A stretch of 63,981 bases of DNA, counting the filler, from Trypethelium eluteriae (taxonomy: Eukaryota): assembly GCA_051942245.1 (NCBI GenBank). It is 3 parts of 3 records of this genome, joined end to end, with 100 filler letters (N's around TTAATTAATTAA, not from the genome) between each part and the next. Parts side by side here need not be neighbours in the genome. Positions count along the whole stretch, not along the records: positions 21,612 to 43,100 come from JAVECL010000471.1; positions 43,201 to 63,981 come from JAVECL010000487.1; 1 more part is not named here. One strand, written 5' to 3'. A model generated the notes under the pieces. It saw only the letters and a list, made by a program, of their open reading frames with translations. It did no database searches and was not told the DNA's origin. How positions within the stretch are numbered: the first letter of the stretch is position 1; each line of letters begins with the position of its first letter. Below, in pieces: positions 35,510 through 48,211 of the stretch. The position numbers and the translations under genes are program-made.

Positions 35510-36349
35510 ATGAAGGCTATTTTCTTTTCTTTACTATCTTTCGGACGAACATTTGCGAGTGTTGTGCCTCAAGGACATGATTCCAAGATCGCACGCGCAC
35601 CTCAAGATTCTAGTCCAGGCCAGTGTCATGTCATTCAAGACGTCGGTACATTCACGGAGCACGCTCTGTACACATTTGAATCGTCCACCATGCCAGATGG
35701 TCTACAAATCTCTGATGGACAACCGCCGGTAACGACACCTGGAGCGCCCTACACGCGCGTGATGACAGCATCGTCAGTGTCCATTCAAGCTCCGTACCTT
35801 GAATTAACGGTAGTTGGAGGACAAACCCAGTCTCCTATTCAGGGAGGGGAGGTCAGCACCGCTGTTACTGATATTCTATATGCATCCGTTCGCACACGGG
35901 CCATCTTCAGCCCTGTCAAGGGAGTCTGCCACGGCCTGTTTTTCTACAAGAGCGACACGCAGGAGATCGACATCGAGTACTTGACAGATCCAGACTCGAC
36001 AAGCAATCCCCAAAATGGAAGCGTCCCATTGCAGCTCACCAACCAGGCGGCTGACGGAGTGCACGATGACGAAACTTACACGACATATCCGGCTCCAGAC
36101 ACTGCGAACAGTGAGGAACACGAGTATAGGGTCGATTGGACCTCGGGGACGACTACTTTCTACGTGGATGGGGTCGTGGCAAAGACTTTCACCAGCAATG
36201 TTCCTACAGTTCCTGGCACCTGGCTCTGGAATAACTGGAGCAACGGCGACAAGGGTTGGAGCGTGGGTCCGCCGATACAAGACAGTGTCTTGAAGATTCG
36301 GAGCATCGAAATGTACTACAATCAGAGCAGTACCCAGAAAAGCTGCTGA
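35510..36349 (+). CDS. Secreted glycoside hydrolase family 16 protein
   Basis: Signal peptide, catalytic EIDIE motif (SDTQEIDIEYLT), HEYRVDW...FYVDG and WNNWSNGD..WS.GPP. Confidence 0.9.
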   Translation: MKAIFFSLLSFGRTFASVVPQGHDSKIARAPQDSSPGQCHVIQDVGTFTEHALYTFESSTMPDGLQISDGQPPVTTPGAPYTRVMTASSVSIQAPYLELTVVGGQTQSPIQGGEVSTAVTDILYASVRTRAIFSPVKGVCHGLFFYKSDTQEIDIEYLTDPDSTSNPQNGSVPLQLTNQAADGVHDDETYTTYPAPDTANSEEHEYRVDWTSGTTTFYVDGVVAKTFTSNVPTVPGTWLWNNWSNGDKGWSVGPPIQDSVLKIRSIEMYYNQSSTQKSC

Positions 36350-37352
36350 ACAAGGATTTTGCCATGTCTGGAATTTTCAAAACATCTGTATATAATATTC
36401 CCTTGACTGCACGTCTCAAGAGTTGGATTCTATCGGAAGATGGTATTTCTGGATAATTTACTCTAAAGGGTGTAAGATAAACGGAAACAAGCAACGACGA
36501 GATAGGAAAACTTCGGTCCCTGAGAAAGTTGTACAGTTCATCTTGAGAGTTCATACACGCAGCAGAGTCAGAATCATAGGATGAGACACCTCTTTGATGG
36601 TTGCTGTGTTGAATGCTAACACCGAGTGCAAAGCCATAGAATAGACACGTGCTGAACTCGCCTCACCGAGCATGAGCGGGATTGCTCCAGGAGTTCTCTT
36701 CTACTAACCGCTTGACACATGAGAGAACACAGAAAGTGCGTGCACCAGAATCCTACAGCCTCCAGTATATTTCCTATGACAATATCAGAAAAAGGGTCAA
36801 CATAAACACCAGAGCCGTGGAGCCTGGAGGAGACGCGAAGTCCGGCGTGGGGACCATGAAGGTCCTCGCTCGGGTGGGATCGTGGTGGTTGTTCCGATCT
36901 TCACGGCCTGGGACCATTCCAGCTGGTCGACTAACGAAGACTCTTGGATTGAGTGATATATTATTTGTAAACCTCGTTACGTCCTTGCAAACCGTGTTTG
37001 CATAGTCTTCGGTCTGATAACGGCTTGACTTCCTATCCGGAGATTTGTACCAGATGAGCAGTCGAACCGGGAGTTTGAACATGCAGAATTGCAACTTGTG
37101 ACCGATTTCATACTTTTGCTATTAGTACACAGTTCTCTCAAGAAAAAGAACATTCATGATACTCGGCAATACCCATGCTCGACCATTGTGGTCGCAGCCA
37201 AATTGCTCAACCCCATATCGTTAGAACTCAACCAGTCGCTCCCAGCGATTCGTGACACGCTATGCAGGCCCAAGAAAAACATGACAGAGTACTATTTACA
37301 AGAATCGTAGCCGCTTCCATCCCCCTTCTCGCCATCCACCACTTTCTCCAAC

Positions 37353-39540
37353 TCACTTCATCCCCATCAACTTCCTCACCTTCACCACCGCACCCCTCCT
37401 CCCACCAAACGCCCCCATCGCGCCCCGCTCATCCTCCACCAACGGCGGCAGATCCTCCAACGCCAACGGATCCGCATTCAGCTGCAGCTGCCTCACCCTC
37501 AACTTCTTATTCGTGTTCGATGCAGAGTAAGAATGCTGGAACTCGTTCTGCCATCCATAGATATCCTCATCAGCAGCGCGGAGATCGGGCCGCGTGAGCG
37601 TGAGCCGCAGCGTCATCTCCCGATTCGAAAGGAGAGCGCGCTCGTAGGAGTCGCTGGGGCGGGGACGGAGAGGAAGAGTGGAGGGGGATGGCGGGAGCGG
37701 TTTGTTGGTTTGAGGGGGTTCGGGATCGGAGGGTTTGCGTTTGCGCGTGGGGGTTGGAGTGAGAGTGCTGCTCGTGGTGGATGTGGGAGTGGCGGAGGAC
37801 TTCATGGAGGCGAGGGAGGGCTTTTTGGAGGGCAGGTAGTGGCCGGGTGTTGGTCCGACCATTTCGAATTGGTCATCGAGTTCGGATGATGGAGTTGATG
37901 GGTCTTCGAGATCGGAGACCGAAGAGGTGTCGGCGACGAGGGACCCTTTGTGATCGTCAATGAGGTTGTCGAGGCGATTGTCGGAATTATCCTCTTCGTC
38001 CTCGAGGAAAGCTGAGGTTTCGTCAGATATATCGAGGAATGCTAGTGAGTCTTGAGTGCCCGCGAGAAATCTTTGAAGGTCGTTGTTCAAGATTCGGTTG
38101 CCATGAGGTGGCTGTTGCAGAGATTTCTCTAAAGGGTTGATTTCATCCTCAGTAGTTTGCATTGTAGAGGGAAACCCAAATTCCACGGCTTCATCAAACT
38201 TCTGAGGAGATCCGAGATAGAGTCGCAACTTCTTCCTCACGTCTGCATCGCGATAGAATACAGTCGGAACCTCCCGGGGTGTAGATGGTTGAGGAGCATT
38301 TGTCAGCGTAGTGATAGATGCAGATCTACCTGCGTGAGTCGCCGGCCGACTTGCATTAGTTGGTGTAGATGGAAAAGGGCCGAAAGTGTTTAAACTACGA
38401 TTTCGTTGGATTGGTGGTCTACGGAGCTGGCTCCCTATCGTTTCCGAGTAACCTGGTGACGTGGACATAGTAGGATCCGATGGTCGACGCTCTGGATCCC
38501 AACGAGATCCCACGATCAGTTCAGGGTTGCTGTGCGATGGCATTGATATTGATGATGTTGCGCCTTCTCTTGTCTCTGAGATAGTCCTCGTTCTTGAGCG
38601 AGACCTCAACAGAGCCTCATCCGCAGGATCCATGATCACAGTGTCGCATTGCTTCGTCAAAAGAGCCTGCTCTTCTCTCGAAAAGTGTTGCCTCTTGATT
38701 TTTTCCGGCAATGCCATGAACCACTGAGCTTCCAATTGGTTTAATGCGTAGTCTTCCCGTCCTGATGGACGTCGCCTTAGACGAGTGCGGGATCGTGACA
38801 CATCAGCTTGCTCGACTCGGCTGATGGCCCGAGAATGTCCTGGACGTGAACTACTCGAAGTCGAAGGCCGACTGGTGCTAGCAGGGGACGATCGGCCACT
38901 GGAGGAGGTGGCGGCACCATCGGCAATTCGAAGACGCTCGAGCGTAGAGAAGTATTTTCTCCTTTAGACATATTAGTATGTACTACTGAGGCAATTCTTG
39001 CAAATAAAGATGGCAACGACAGTATACATAAGACAGCGTTTCAAGACGTCTAAAGCATTGAATATGGGTAGGTGCACGTCATAGAACAGGACTAGTCCTC
39101 AATTCTTTTGCCGATGTTGATCAAGAGAGGGGACAAAAACAATTCTCGCGTAATACGTTTACAAGACGAAAACAATGATCGACAAGAAAGTAAACATGGT
39201 AAACTTACTGAATAGAGGGAGGAAGAGAGTCAAATTCCGTCTCAGTGAGGACCTGAGTTTTCATGGTGACGGGAGCTCCTTTTGATTTCGTTTCGTGTGA
39301 ATCTGTGCGGTTCTTACATGCCTCAGCGGGTTTCCCAGCAGTGACAGTAGTCACAGTAGTCGGTCGAAAGAGCTCCTGATAATATTGCTCAGGAGTGTGA
39401 CGATTTCGTGAATTATAGATTGGAGTAGATATCGAGCAAGGAGGAGCAGCGGGCACTAGCATTCTTGAAGGGGCAGATGACTGCTGAGCCGGCTTGACGT
39501 TCGGTAGCATTTGTTGATTTGGTAAGTTTAGACCTTGCAT
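37353..39540 (-). CDS. Conserved fungal hypothetical protein (S/P/T-rich)
   Basis: Exon 1 ends EFDSLPPSIQ (GTAAGT at 39207); a roughly 240-nt intron leads to RKYFSTLERLR. Blocks LPEKIKRQHFSREE, KLRLYLGSPQKFDEAVEFGFPS and REMTLRLTLTRPDLRA..E.IYGWQ. Confidence 0.8.
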
Positions 39541-42298
39541 GTGGACGGCGATAGCTGCACGTTGTGTACCCAGCCGTACTCTAGTCAGACACAGGTAGGG
39601 ATGTCGCGTGGAAGTAGTTGATGGCGCGTTTCCCGGGCAAGTTACTAATGTTAAATCTGAGTCGATGTGCTGAGCGGCGGGCTCAGTGATATGGCAAACC
39701 AGCGTGATCATAAAATTGTATCACATCTCTAGCCGCCAAGATGCCACGCTGCGTGGACGCCACAGCCAGGGCCGGTGCCCAAAAGCGCGGCGGCAACCCA
39801 AACAGTTGGCCAGCGACATCCCACGGCCCGTCGGTCTCATCCTCCTCGCCATGATCGAAGGGACCAGCTGGCGGGAAGCTGGAACGCGTTCCGGGCAGGA
39901 TGATTCCGTTTGTTGATGACGATGTCAGGGCGGAAGTGACAGACCAATGGCCCAGAAGAACTATCAGCCAGTGCACCCAGTGCCTGACGATCATTCCGAG
40001 GGATGCATGACCGCGAGCCACGTCTGGGATGTCCAGCCGGAAGCGGGTGCTTGCTGCAAGGAGTAGTCGAGGAGACAGCGCAGTCGTGCATCCTCGAGCC
40101 GCATACAAACCTTGCAAGGGGCGAGAACCCGCAAGTTAGCATACGTGCTCAAGAAGGACTCGTCCTCAAAGAGCCCCAATCGATAAAGGGCGCAATGCAG
40201 GATCGCAGGGCACAGCAAGGCGTAGCCAATCTCAGAAACTGTGATGAAACAGGCGGCGGACCAATCGCGGCGGTGAGCTACGACCAGCTTCACTCTGTCC
40301 CCACGACTGGTTCGGCGTCAAGGATCCCGGCGCCTACCACCGGACAAGTGGACGAGTAGGTATGCTCGCAGTTTTGCCCCCTCTTCGGTTCTTTACACTG
40401 CACAAGTCTTCACACGCGGATTGTAGCAAAGACGATTTTGCATGGCCAACAGAAATCCAATGTTTCACCGTTTAAACAAAGGAACCAACTCGTGAGCCAA
40501 ACGAGTTCCTAAACAAGCCAACATCCGCAAATAAAATTTTCTAATTTCATCTGACTACCTTACGACTTGCGACCTTTCCCAATCAAGCCTTCGGGGTACT
40601 AACCAAGTATCTAGGTAAAGCTACAGTTCGAGAATTCTGGCTTGATCCGTCTGTGCCACCCCAGACGCACGTGGGAAGTTGCGAAATTGCGGAGAAGAGG
40701 CGATGAGAGTCTGGCTCTGGCGTTTGCCTTTGTGCCCGCGTCTGGCTTGCAGATGGCGTGCATAGAGGCATGCCTAGTACTACACGCCCAGCATAGAACT
40801 GCCTTTCAGGAGATTAGTCTGATGTGAGCAGTGATAAAGAGCAACGCCTTCATCGAGTTCGACGCCGAGCTGACAATTCTCTCGATTGTATGATTATTTT
40901 AGGCTTCAGGATGACAGATGGTGAGCACATGGAGATTAGACCTGACGAGAGCTGCCCTACGAGTGCTCCGTAGGTAGGTACCTAGCTCCTTCCCTTCACC
41001 GAGAAGTGTTTGCGGGCCTAGACCCGAATTCAGCAACACCCCTGACCAAGGGCGGATGGAATTCCAAAGAGCTGGAATATCGACGGACTGTGCTTGTTTT
41101 CGTTTGCAAACAGTAACAGTCTCCTGCAAAGGCCCTGGCGTTTCACTGCTTTTCGTGCCTCTTCCGAAGGCCACATTGCTCTAGGTATGCCTGCCTCCTT
41201 CGATCACGCTGTAGATTTCCTTCATCGAAGGGTGGAGGCGTGCACATTTACTAGATATCCGCGTCAGTGGCTTGAGATCCTAGGTAAAAAGAAATATGAA
41301 GACCGGCTCCGTCCTCCTCGACCTCGGTAGGACTTTTAACACGAGACTCTCATGCAAATGCCCCCACACGTTTAATGGTTTCCCGATCTCCGGCAGGAAT
41401 CTCAAGACGCTTCACAGCACGTTCTGACGTCAAAGCTTTGGAGCTCGGTCGCCTGCAGAGCTCGCTACCCGACTCTGATATTGGAAGAGAAGATATTAGG
41501 AGTCATCATTTGGGTTACATGCATCAATCGTGGTATTCTCGATCTCGATCATGACTTCCCATAGAGGTGTAACGATGCTGCAACTTCGCCTTTAGTCTGA
41601 AGCAATGACGAAGGAACATCCCGACGAGTGTACTGACTTCTCCTTTACCAAAGGATTTCAAACTTGTAGTGGTGTTCTCGGTTGCCTATCGAGAGCATGT
41701 TGGAGGACAGCTTTCTCCGAACGGCAACTCGCGACGCCTCGATCGCCTAAAGCAAAGGTATGTTATCTCCTTCGGATGTCACGACCGCCAAAACACATCG
41801 GATCTACAGGTCCTCACGGGGAAAAAGGCAGGTTTCATTACATCCGTATCAATCTTGAGGCTGCAGGCAAACGTTTCATGTGTCGGGAATGACAGGACGA
41901 AGCAGTAACCAAAACGGCTTCACATTGCTAAAGATTCAGGTCTAGAAATGTACCTTCATATCGGACAGCTAGCTTTACCCCTTAACTGCACATTCGGATG
42001 CACAGCGTAATTACAGTATCTGAGACGCTCCCTTCCGCCAATTCGTAGCGTGCGATCTCTCCGGCTTTCGCACCAAACATCTGCACATGTAGATTTTGAC
42101 TGATGGTCATGTCGAGATGAGGCTCTTCTAAGCGAAGACACTGCAAATTATTGATTACTGACATAGAAGCACCGCATCTCATGTAATTCTGTAATGGATC
42201 ACGGCTCCCTTTCTTCGTGGACCTCGTATCGGTCGAGTCGTCTGAACGTCGAGTTCTACCAATTCTCAGAGCTTGCCGAAAGAAGTGGAAGAGGACTA

Positions 42299-42479
42299 CC
42301 TTACGGCGGCTGGGGGGTTCCTCAACTGGTAATCAATACAATGTTATTTTGATTTTGCTGTTATGACCTTGTCGGTTCATGTTAATACCGCCTTAACATG
42401 GGCCAACATGGTCATAACATTTAAACTGAGGTAACATTTTATTAATTACCAGTTGAGGAACCCCCCAGCCGCCGTAAGG
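42299..42479. mobile_element. MITE (Tc1/mariner-type, non-autonomous), 181 bp
   Basis: Perfect 35-bp TIR CCTTACGGCGGCTGGGGGGTTCCTCAACTGGTAAT, extending imperfectly to about 48 bp. Flanked by TA on both sides (42297-42298, 42480-42481), AT-rich interior, no ORF. Confidence 0.85.
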
Positions 42480-43100
42480 TACTGTCTTTCTTCGTGACAA
42501 CTTTAATGTATGTGAAGCACGCAGATAATTGACTCATTACTCCATCGATACGTAATTAAGAAATAGCTGAAGTACGGTGCTCTAACGATGGTCTATCTCC
42601 ACCTCAAGGCTTCCTATCTCCCAGAAAGATACCTCTAATGGCACGGGCTTGAAAGCGACGAGATTCGGCAGTATTTATCAAATAATAGCCAGAAAGATAA
42701 ACCGTTGAAGATCCATCGATTCAATTAACTTCCAATTTTCGACTATCTACGAGCCTTAAGGCAATACAAACAATATACCTGAAGTTATCTGCAAGGGGTA
42801 TCTTTTCCAACAAAAACACAACCATATCGAAACAAAATAAACGTAGATCAACTCGAGAAAAAGAAGTTTCTTGACTCCCAATCCCCATACCGTCGTCGCC
42901 GGCACGGAGGCCAGCATCGCGTCCTTCCTTTCGATCACACTCCCCCTCTTTTCCACATACCACCACCTCCCATCTCTCCCTTAAACCCTCCTCCTCTTCC
43001 TATCACCACTCCCTCACGCACCTCCAATATCATACCAAAACTCGTCATCCACCCCCTCCCGATCCGGAACCTCCAATTTCCACTCTCCTTTCCCTCCTCC

Positions 43101-43200
43101 NNNNNNNNNNNNNNNNNNNNNNNNNNNNNNNNNNNNNNNNNNNNTTAATTAATTAANNNNNNNNNNNNNNNNNNNNNNNNNNNNNNNNNNNNNNNNNNNN
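43101..43200. other. Artificial assembly gap spacer
   Basis: 44 N + TTAATTAATTAA + 44 N. Confidence 0.97.
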
Positions 43201-44216
43201 GGGTGGTGGGGAAGAGCTGTTATACTGGGCATTGGCAGGGACAACGAAATTGGAACTGTATTCTGAAAGAGCGGTTGTCGAAGGGCTGAACACTTTTTTC
43301 TCTGATATTCCTGATCCAGGCCTGCCATCTTCATTACTGAGTCGTGCCGCTTCGAACATTGTTTCTCCAGGTGCGTTGGGCGGTTCATTCAAGGGCGCCG
43401 GTATACGATGCAACGCACCGAAGCCGAGCACACATCCCAAGAGGCCGCTTCCACCCCAACTACGTGAAGGGGTAATGGTGACCGGGCGAAGAACATCATA
43501 CTCGTGGTTATACACGTACAGACGGAGTGGTCGATCCACGAACTGTTTGCCAATGTAAGCCAGGTGTTGAATGTCAGTCTCAAGGTCAGGTAGAGCATAC
43601 CTCCTCAATGAGCTCTACAAGGCCAGACTCGCCCTTCACAGTGCCTTCCGGGCTACCAATCACGTAATCACCGTACGGCAACAAGCCGGCCAAATCAGCG
43701 GGTGAATTCGGTGAGACATCCAGGATATGCCAAACATCCTCTGTAGCTGTGAGCGGAGTCCAGTGAAGGGAAAGCCCCAGGTTGGGCGGGTCTGCAGGTA
43801 TGGAAGCGTAGACCTCCCGAATCCGTTGCCCCTGCAGTAGGAACGTATGAGTGGTGTTCGAGGTAAGGTAGGTCAGATCACGTTTCAATCGCCAAGATTG
43901 CATACCTTTGCGCTGTAAATGCCTAAGCTAATGGTTGATCCTGCGCAGTTACGGACTTCGGTAGCAAAAAGGTTGTCATCCGGATTATCCTGCGCCGTAG
44001 GAGTCAGCGGACATCACTTTGAAGCAGGTAGCGCTGGCTACCGACAATCGTTCGACCATTGATCCCAACGATGAAGTCAAACCATGGCTCAATGGCTAGC
44101 TCCTGATTGGTGTTTTTGAGAACGTGGAAGCCAGCAGCGTCCCGCGGAGTCTTGGACTGGTGTGTCTGGGAGTCGGAGTCGAGACGTGAGATAAAGCGGT
44201 TGAGGGCGCCGAACAT
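43201..44216 (-). CDS. GRH1: Golgi reassembly-stacking protein (GRASP55/65), 3' end lost in gap
   Basis: [13 protein letters not shown]...GFHVLKN...[80 protein letters not shown]. Confidence 0.93.
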
Positions 44217-45481
44217 GTTCGCCATTGGAGTCACAGGCGGGAGAAGTTTCGCGTGGGGTGGTGTAAGTGTTTGGGATTGACTTGATTTGCTGACAGCAAT
44301 TGACGGAAGGGCGCTCGGCCGATGCACGAGATGAGATGGCCGGCACAGCTTCGGAGGACTTAGAATAAGCTGTGGTCTGTGTTCACCTACTAGGTACCCA
44401 GGCACCATGGCACCTTGGCACCGCACCTTAGGTACATGACTAAGGTAGTTCGCTCTCTACCCCAGTCAGCGCCGGCAGCAATGTCCCGAAAATCGACGCG
44501 ACTGCGACTGTGATACACGCGCTGCTTCGTCCCGGTGGACCTTCTCTACCCGAGTCTACGGCTTCTTCACTTAGCGCGGTGGTGCGTTCTGGCATGAAAC
44601 CTGCGCGGTAAACCGCTTCCCACGATTCACGACCTGCCATCGCGAAAAGCTGCCTTCGCCTATTCTGCCTGACGCTTCCCCCTGACCTAGCGCTCTTCGA
44701 GGTCAAACAATCTACGCGATACTTGGGCCCCAACACAGGAGACTCAGCGATTCGCCCACAGGCTAAATGGCAGACGAGACATCGCCGTAAGCTGGTCTGT
44801 CAACTACTGATTTGCCAGTGAAGGGTTGAAAGCCTAGCAAAGACACTGGAGTAACAACCGTCCCTTACTACGTGTTGTGGAAAGGCTATACAGAGGATGG
44901 GGAGCATGGAACTCCAGATATTGCCATCATGATCGATAATTGCCATGCGAGTACAGGGTCCGGTGCCACCGCTTGGTCATGCTATGTCATGCATCTCAAC
45001 AGACGTTTGCTGCATTTGGGCGCTTTGCCTATTACCTAGTAACTGTACCCGTGCCTGTTTTGGCCAGCTCGCAGCCGAGACCGCACCAAAGACGGTAGAT
45101 ACTACTGTAGCACCTGCGGGTTTTCTTCTCACAGGAACTGCCTCACCCTCAGTTCTTTGTGATTATCCGTTCGTTTCGCCAGTCGCCCTGGCTCTCGTTC
45201 GCCATGGAATCTGACAATGACAGGAACGGAATGTGACTCTCCTGGATGTGTTCCTGCCGTCGGCTTCAATGGTATAAAGGGAAGTAAGCCATCCCAAGTT
45301 CTTGGCTTTTTCCTCAGGCTGCTTACCACTCTTTCTCTGCTTCCTGTCTTCTACTGATTGCACACTTTCCCTTTGGCTGGTCCATTCTTTTACCTTGCTC
45401 TTGACTTGTCTGTCGAATTTGCTTCATTTCACACTTCACAGCTACAGGAATAGCTTATCTGCAATCACCAATTATTTCATA

Positions 45482-46601
45482 ATGCATTTCTCAACTATCA
45501 CCAATGTTCTCGCCCTTGGGCTCCTTGCTTCCACTCCGATGGTGGTTGCAGAGGATACCCTAGCGGAGAAGGGTAGCCTGATCAAGCGGTACATCGTACG
45601 TATAATACCCTTTTTTGACAAGAGATGCCTTCATGAAAGCTAACATTCACAAGGGTGGACCTGCCAATGCCGCCATGTCCTTGATCCAGGCAAAACGCGA
45701 AGCTACTGCCTTGATTAGCCGTGAACCAGCGCCAGAGCCAGAGCTGGTGTCAGCGTTGGAGCCGCGGAGGCATAGATCCTCTAACAACAACGGCGGTTCT
45801 ACATCAAACAACAATGGCGGTTCTACATCGAGCAGCAACAATAACAATAACGGCACAAGCACCAACGGCAATGCCAATGGCAACGCCAACGGGAATTCTA
45901 ACGGCAACGCCAATGGGAACGCCAATGGAAATACCAATGGCAACACCAACGGGAACGCCAACGGCAACGCCAATGGAGTGGCAGCAACCATCAACGTTGG
46001 CCAGAATGGCTTGACATTTACGCCCTCCTCTGTCAACGTCCCCGCTGGATCCAAGGTGCAATTCAACTTCTACCCACAAAACCACTCTGTGGTTCAGGGT
46101 AACGTCAACACCGCTTGCGCTCCTACTGCCAACGGTTTCTTTAGCGGGCTCATTGCCTCTAACCAAGGCAATCAGGGTCAACAGAGTTTCACTGTCACTG
46201 TTCCCAACACTCAGCCGATGTACTTCTACTGCTCGGCCCCCGGCCATTGCCAGGCCGGTATGGCTGGTGCCATCAACCCACCTTCCTCTGGGTCAGGGTC
46301 TGTTTCCCAGTTCATTGCCAACTCCCAGAAGACCCAGCAAACTATCAACCCGAATGCTCAGCCAGGTCAGGGCGGTCAGCTCAACGCCCAGAACGTGAGC
46401 CCCGGTACTCCAGGGCCTGTTAACCCGAGCGGCAGCAGCAGCAGCAGCAACAACAATGGTCAGCAGAGCGGCCAGAGCACCAATGGCCAGCAGAACGGTC
46501 AAAGTACCAATGGCCAACAGAACGGCCAGAGCAGTGGCAGCCGCCACCGTAACAGCCAGAACAATCGCCGCGACTACGCTGAGTACTACCAATCTCTGTG
46601 A
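45482..46601 (+). CDS. Secreted cupredoxin-fold protein with Asn/Gly and Gln/Asn repeat arms
   Basis: Signal peptide, intron 45596-45653, dibasic KR/KR/RR sites. Cupredoxin core TINVG...FTP...G..VQFNF...NHSVVQ...C.P...GFFSG...PMYFYCSAPGHCQAGM.GAIN (His, Cys, His, Met candidate copper ligands). Confidence 0.88.
45864..45977 (+). repeat. Coding tandem repeat, 9.5 x 12 nt, (NGN[A/S/T])n
   Basis: Translates to NGNANGNANGNSNGNANGNANGNTNGNTNGNANGNANG with synonymous variation between units. Confidence 0.95.
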
Positions 46602-47208
46602 GCTGCTGAAGCTTGAGATACGATTAGGATGACGCAGATGTTCGCTGGACTACTCGCAGTGAAAGTTGGGCAGAAGGGAAAGGCGCTTATATTATGACAG
46701 ATCTGTACTACATACGGCTTCGAGAATGGTCCACATGGCATTTTCTTGTTTATATAGACGTGGAATAAATGCTTTCTCGATTTTGATGCAACAACGCTTC
46801 ACAAAAACTGCTTTGCTAGCTTGGCTTATCTTTTGATCATCATCCGCCCCTCTCCTGAAAAATTGCACTTCGTGCTTCTGTAGATGTATACGGTAGACCT
46901 TGCGGAAAATTACTCGTAGTCGAGGGCGGCGAAACGCCGGCGTCTACCCAGGATGTCACAGAGTGCACCCCAGACACGTTTCGGCCTTTCCAGCCGATCT
47001 CGAATTTTTCCCGCACCCTGTCGCCTTGCTCCGCAAACCGGACACGGACCCGGCCCGCACTACCTGCCCAATTCACCTGCAGCACCTTCCCTTGCCGAAA
47101 GATACCTCCCACTGCTCGCTAACCGGATGTGACAAATCGGTGGTTTGGGCCTTGAAGCAGACATCGTTTGCAGCCGGAATCAAGATCGTCGTTGTCGCGA
47201 GGCGTAGG

Positions 47209-48211
47209 ATGGGTCTGCAGTACATGGATCCAGACGGAAAAGAAGAAGAGCTACCTAAGGGTGTGCAGTACTATAGCTCCAGGAGGGAGATGCCGAAAAG
47301 GATACAGAAGTAAGTGGGCCCATTAATGGCACTAGGAGTCGAGTCAAGCTGATGGCAATGAAGATATTGGTCACAGCGGCATGACTTGTTCTCACTATAC
47401 GATGAAGGTATCTGGCTGACCGATGATGCTTGGTTCGGGGTTACGCCAGAGGTCGTCGCAGGGTAGGCAGCGTTCCGCCTCCCTCCTTCGGCATATGTAC
47501 GTCTCAGTTTCTAATCAGTTTCCTCTCAGTCAAATGGCCCAAGACATTGGTGAGCATGTTTCGGGTCAAAAGACTGTAATCATCGATTGCTTTGCCGGCG
47601 CTGGCGGCAATGCAATCGCTTTTGCCCTCTCCGAGCGGTGGGATCGCATCTTTGCAATCGAGAAGGATCCCGCAGCGCTCGCATGCGCAAAGCATAATGC
47701 CATGATCTACGGTGTAGATAAGAAGATCTTCTGGATCGAAGGCGACTGCTTCACCGAGATCAAGAAGAGATTCAAGGGATGCGGAATGGAAAAAGATGCA
47801 GTTATTTTTGCGAGTCCACCCTGGGGAGGTGAGTGGTCCGCTTTCGTCTCGCCTGCATTGTCGGCTCATTTTCTCTGTGAAATGGTTATGCTCATTACAT
47901 CCAAAGGACCCGAATATGCAGGCGACGAGATATTCGACTTGAGCAAGATGGAACCCTATTCTCTGGATCATCTGTACCAATCATTCTCTAAGCTTACAAA
48001 GGAAGTTGTTCTCTATTTGCCGAGAACCTCAGACTTGAACCAGCTGGCAGAGTATGCGCCTAAGAATAGGAAGCTGGATGTCATCCACTACAATATGAGT
48101 GATTACAGCAAGGTCAGTTAAGCAACAGTCATGGTCACAGAACACTAATCGGCTGATCTCGTTTCTATATAGGGGTTATGCGCCTACTTTGGCGGCTTCC
48201 AATTTGGGTGA
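47209..48211 (+). CDS. TGS1: Trimethylguanosine synthase
   Basis: IQK|YWSQRHDLFSLYDEGIWLTDDAWFGVTPE, IIDCFAGAGGNAIAFA, VIFASPPWGG|PEY, LYLPRTSDLNQL, LCAYFG. Four introns. RRPE-like TGAAAAATT at 46856. Confidence 0.94.
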
